Source: Spirochaetia bacterium (GTDB lineage: Bacteria > Spirochaetota > Spirochaetia > SZUA-6 > Bin103). Taken from it: 64,000 nt of DNA. The DNA is taken from positions 1,664,001-1,728,000 of the forward strand of contig CBDAOI010000004.1 of the NCBI GenBank assembly GCA_965198005.1, read 5' to 3'. The translations under genes and the position numbers were made by a program. The notes beneath the pieces are model-generated. The model was given only the letters and a program-made list of their open reading frames with translations. It made no database searches and had not been told where the DNA came from. Numbering within the stretch: the first letter of the stretch is position 1; each line of letters opens with the position of its first letter. Shown here one piece after another: positions 61,463-64,000 of the stretch.

Positions 61463-61851
61463 GAGTCCGGGGTAGGTGCGCCCAATACCGCCGCCGCCTC
61501 GTATATTCCTCGACTGGCGATGAGGCGCGCCACCGCCCGCGGCTGCGATCCGGCCAGTGAGACCAGGAAGCGATAGATATCGGGATAGGATCGATCCCAG
61601 CAGAACTCCGCGTACCAGCGCCGCACGGTCGCAGGTTCCGTCAATCCCGGGAATGGTTTGAGGAGCTCGGCCGGGTCTATTCCAAGGCCGGCACTCAAGT
61701 TCATGAGAGTGGCAACGTGCACGTTCCGGAAGTCATCATCGGCGGCAAACCAGAGAGAGACCGCCTGCCGGCTCACCCCCGCGGCCTTGGCCACATCCGA
61801 CTGTCGATATCCCTTCTTTGCCATCGCGGCCTTGAGTACGCTGAGATACAC
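61463..61851 (-). pseudogene. XRE/Cro-C1 HTH protein, C-terminally truncated
   Basis: KKGYRQSDVAKAAGVSRQAVSLWF; TTGACG-17-TATATC promoter just before the GTG; frame runs into the dppC shard. Confidence 0.7.
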
Positions 61852-62031
61852 AACGCCGATATAGCACCATTTGCGCGCTACGTCAAGTACACTTGTCACT
61901 CAGTCGCTCATGGTGCGTGCTCCTCTCCCGCACCACCCCGTAGCCACCGACGGGTAGAGCATGGGCTGCGGGCCGATTCGTTGGAGAGAAAAGGTTTTCC
62001 TGAAGAAACTTTGAGGATATACTTTTGGTGT

Positions 62032-62262
62032 ATGAAGACGATTACAGTCAAGGAACTGAAGGCCCATTGGGCCACCGTCGAGTCGGAGATCCGCTTGGGG
62101 GAGACGTTCGAGGTGCTCAACCGGGGCCGGGTTGCCGCCCACATCGTACCGCCGCGGCCGCGTCCCGTGGTCGCGTGGCCGGATCATCTGAGCACCGCTC
62201 TTCAGAACGACGACACCAAGGGGGCGGACATCGTCGCGTCGCACCGACACGAACGACGTTGA
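62032..62262 (+). CDS. Phd/YefM-type antitoxin
   Basis: MKTITVKELKAHW...GETFEVLNRGRVAAHIVP; overlapping TTG-ATC-TAT looks like the stub of a deleted PIN toxin. Confidence 0.75.
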   Translation: MKTITVKELKAHWATVESEIRLGETFEVLNRGRVAAHIVPPRPRPVVAWPDHLSTALQNDDTKGADIVASHRHERR

Positions 62263-62269
62263 TCTATCA

Positions 62270-62420
62270 CACCGATCGAGCGGAACGATTATCGTACGGC
62301 CGTCGACAAGATCGATTGTAAGTGACTCTTGGTCCACCCGGAGACCAGTCGCGCGAGCCTCGCGGACGTCAGCGACCGAAGAACTCATACCACCGCTCCA
62401 ATCGCCGCAACCTGGTTCAA
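62270..62420 (-). pseudogene. DUF4160/DUF2442-type gene pair remnant
   Basis: ...RWYEFFGR* overlapping MSSSVADVREARATGLRVDQESLTIDLVDGRTIIVPL, then truncated. Confidence 0.6.
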
Positions 62421-62506
62421 CTCCGTAGAAAAGCAACTCTGATTTGCCTGCTGGCGAATAGGCCAAAGTCCCTGGTTGCGCCGCTTATGCAACGGTTCGA
62501 GATTCC

Positions 62507-62845
62507 TCAACAGCGTCCACCGTCATCTTTTCCCCTGATGGCTTTCTTAACCGACCTCGCGCCACACGCCCCCACATGCCCCACACCACCCCTGAGCCTT
62601 GGGTCAAGCAGGTCTCTCACCGCGTCGCCGAACATGTTTAGACTGTAAACGATAATAGTAAGGGCAAGTCCAGGCCAGAAAGCCAACCATGGCGCCCTCT
62701 CCATGTACCGTCGCCCTTCCCTGCTCAGCAAAGCACCCCACTCGGCAATCTGAATTGGGAGACCGTATCCGAGGAAACTAAGAGAAGCAATACTCCGTAC
62801 TACGCCTCCGATGTTGATGCTGAATATGATGATTACGACAGGCAT
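62507..62845 (-). pseudogene. Orphan dppC 3' fragment
   Basis: MPVVIIIFSINIGG...ASLSFLGYG...GDAVRDLLDPRLRGG. Confidence 0.9.
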
Positions 62846-62849
62846 AATA

Positions 62850-63110
62850 TATGGTCACGACGCCACGGCGCAATCGTGTGGCGGTCATGTTGGGGGCGTC
62901 GTTACTTACGATGATGGCCGGTCTGCGATGCGCCGCCTCGGATCCAGTGGGAACGCTGAAGTCGACCATCCGGATATCTCCGCGACGCATGGCGGCAGCG
63001 CGGCTCAGGTCGCCAGGCCATCGTGGGTCGCCCGCTCCCACGCGGTGTTGTCGGCGGCGGCCTCCTACTCTGCCCACGCGTCGGCGTAGTCAACGGCCAA
63101 TATGCCACCA
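62850..63110 (-). pseudogene. Degraded mazE-mazF (PemK) toxin-antitoxin pair
   Basis: Antitoxin tail DYADAWAE*EAAADNTAWERATHDGL, then MRRGDIRMVDF.VPTGSEAAHRRPAIIVSND, truncated. Confidence 0.75.
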
Positions 63111-63225
63111 GCATTGCTACTTCAGAATCCAGGGGCGAGATGCCATGGTGGTCGGCGAGGTTCTCGAGGTTCTCCACTGCGTTTGACAGCGCTTGGTGGC
63201 GCCACTACGGTGGCGGGCGCACGGC

Positions 63226-63695
63226 ATGGCGCGCGAGTTGTATCAGCCGCACGACAACCTGTTCCGCAAAGTGTTCTCCAATGCGCCCGAAGCGGCCGGC
63301 TTGCTACGCCCGAATCTGCCGGAGTGGCTGAGCACCAGGCTGGACTGGTCGACAAGCAGAACGTGAGGGAGTTCGGCGAGGCGTTGGGGCGGCACGTACC
63401 AGGACCGGGAGGAGACATGAAGACGTACGCAGAGGAGTTGCTGCAGGAGGGGCTCCAGGAGGGGCTCCAAAAGGGCCGCCAGGAGGGCCGCCAGGAGGGC
63501 CGCCAGGAGGGGCTCCAGGAGGGCCGCCAGGAAGGGCTTCAGACGGGGCGCGAGGAAGGCCAGCTTGGCACGATCGAGAACTTCTTGCGGGCCGGAATCG
63601 AGTGGTCGGTCATCGAGGAGGCTACCGGTATCGACCAGGAAGCCTTCCAGGCACTCCGCCGGCGTCTCGAAGAGTCGGATCGGACGACCGAGTAA
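63226..63695 (+). pseudogene. Rpn/YhgA-like nuclease gene with the catalytic core deleted
   Basis: MARELYQPHDNLFRKVFS...LPEWLSTRLDWST joined out of frame to the C-terminal MKTYAEELLQEG(xxEG)n tail. Confidence 0.8.
63417..63695 (+). CDS. Intact small C-terminal Rpn ORF (RpnS-like antitoxin) with 12-bp tandem repeats
   Basis: ggaggagac-ATG internal start; caggaggggctc / caggagggccgc repeats encode QEGL/QEGR. Confidence 0.55.
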   Translation: MKTYAEELLQEGLQEGLQKGRQEGRQEGRQEGLQEGRQEGLQTGREEGQLGTIENFLRAGIEWSVIEEATGIDQEAFQALRRRLEESDRTTE

Positions 63696-63832
63696 CCTCC
63701 TGTTCGAGACTTGGCACACGGTCCGGCCGCCGTTCGCCGGATAGCCGCGTTCCTGCAGCCAGTCTGCACGCGGGTCCGGAACGGAGTCGCCGGCACGTGA
63801 TCGCCAACTACCGTACAAACGTGGTGCCTGTC

Positions 63833-64000
63833 TTAGTCTTCTGAGGGCGCGGAAGGGACCGTGGGGGAGGGCGGTGGGGCGCCTGCCAGCACGAAGCAGG
63901 CGATCGCCAGCAGGAAGATCGCGACGATCAGCAGGAACGCCAGGTCGAACGATCCGGTGCGGTCGTGAAGCAGGCCGGCGAGGGCCGGGGCACCCGCCAG
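63833..64000 (-). CDS. MFS transporter, 3' end only
   Basis: ...GAPALAGLLHDRTGSFDLAFLLIVAIFLLAIACFVL...SED*. Confidence 0.75.
   Translation of the reverse strand: MAGAPALAGLLHDRTGSFDLAFLLIVAIFLLAIACFVLAGAPPPSPTVPSAPSED

Noticed and set aside
63444-63560. 12-bp repeat array as CRISPR
   Set aside because: No spacers; it encodes the QEG repeats typical of Rpn C-termini; no cas genes in the window.

Overview
High-GC bacterial accessory region. The signal-peptide style of the solute-binding proteins (SBPs) and the AAA-ATPase expansions resemble host-associated Spirochaetota, but this is inference only. The window is dominated by peptide/nickel-type (family 5 SBP + DppB-like + DppC-like) ABC importer cassettes, none with an ATPase gene. 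They sit in a + strand arm (3.9-36.3 kb) and a - strand arm (47.6-62.8 kb) around a block of ordinary genes (nucleoside hydrolase, Fur, MscS, CorA, MFS). Six orphan copies of the dppC 3' end occur at cassette/island boundaries. One pair forms ~220-bp direct repeats around a ~16.5-kb, mostly lower-GC sugar/cyclitol island (PhyH, epimerase, RraA, a duplicated SBP, surE, ino1, PfkB, SIS isomerase, two Gfo/Idh/MocA, rpe-like). Other notable content: a compact lower-GC GHKL-ATPase + STAS-like + PIN operon (candidate partner-switching toxin/defence system); an ORF-less group II intron beside an RT-encoding group II intron; a ~190-bp non-coding element and a covarying hairpin repeated upstream of SBP genes; IS110 and ISAs1 remnants; a shard mosaic at 1.2-3.1 kb; and a toxin-antitoxin graveyard at 61.4-63.7 kb. 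No rRNA, tRNA or CRISPR array was seen. GC statements are by eye, not computed.
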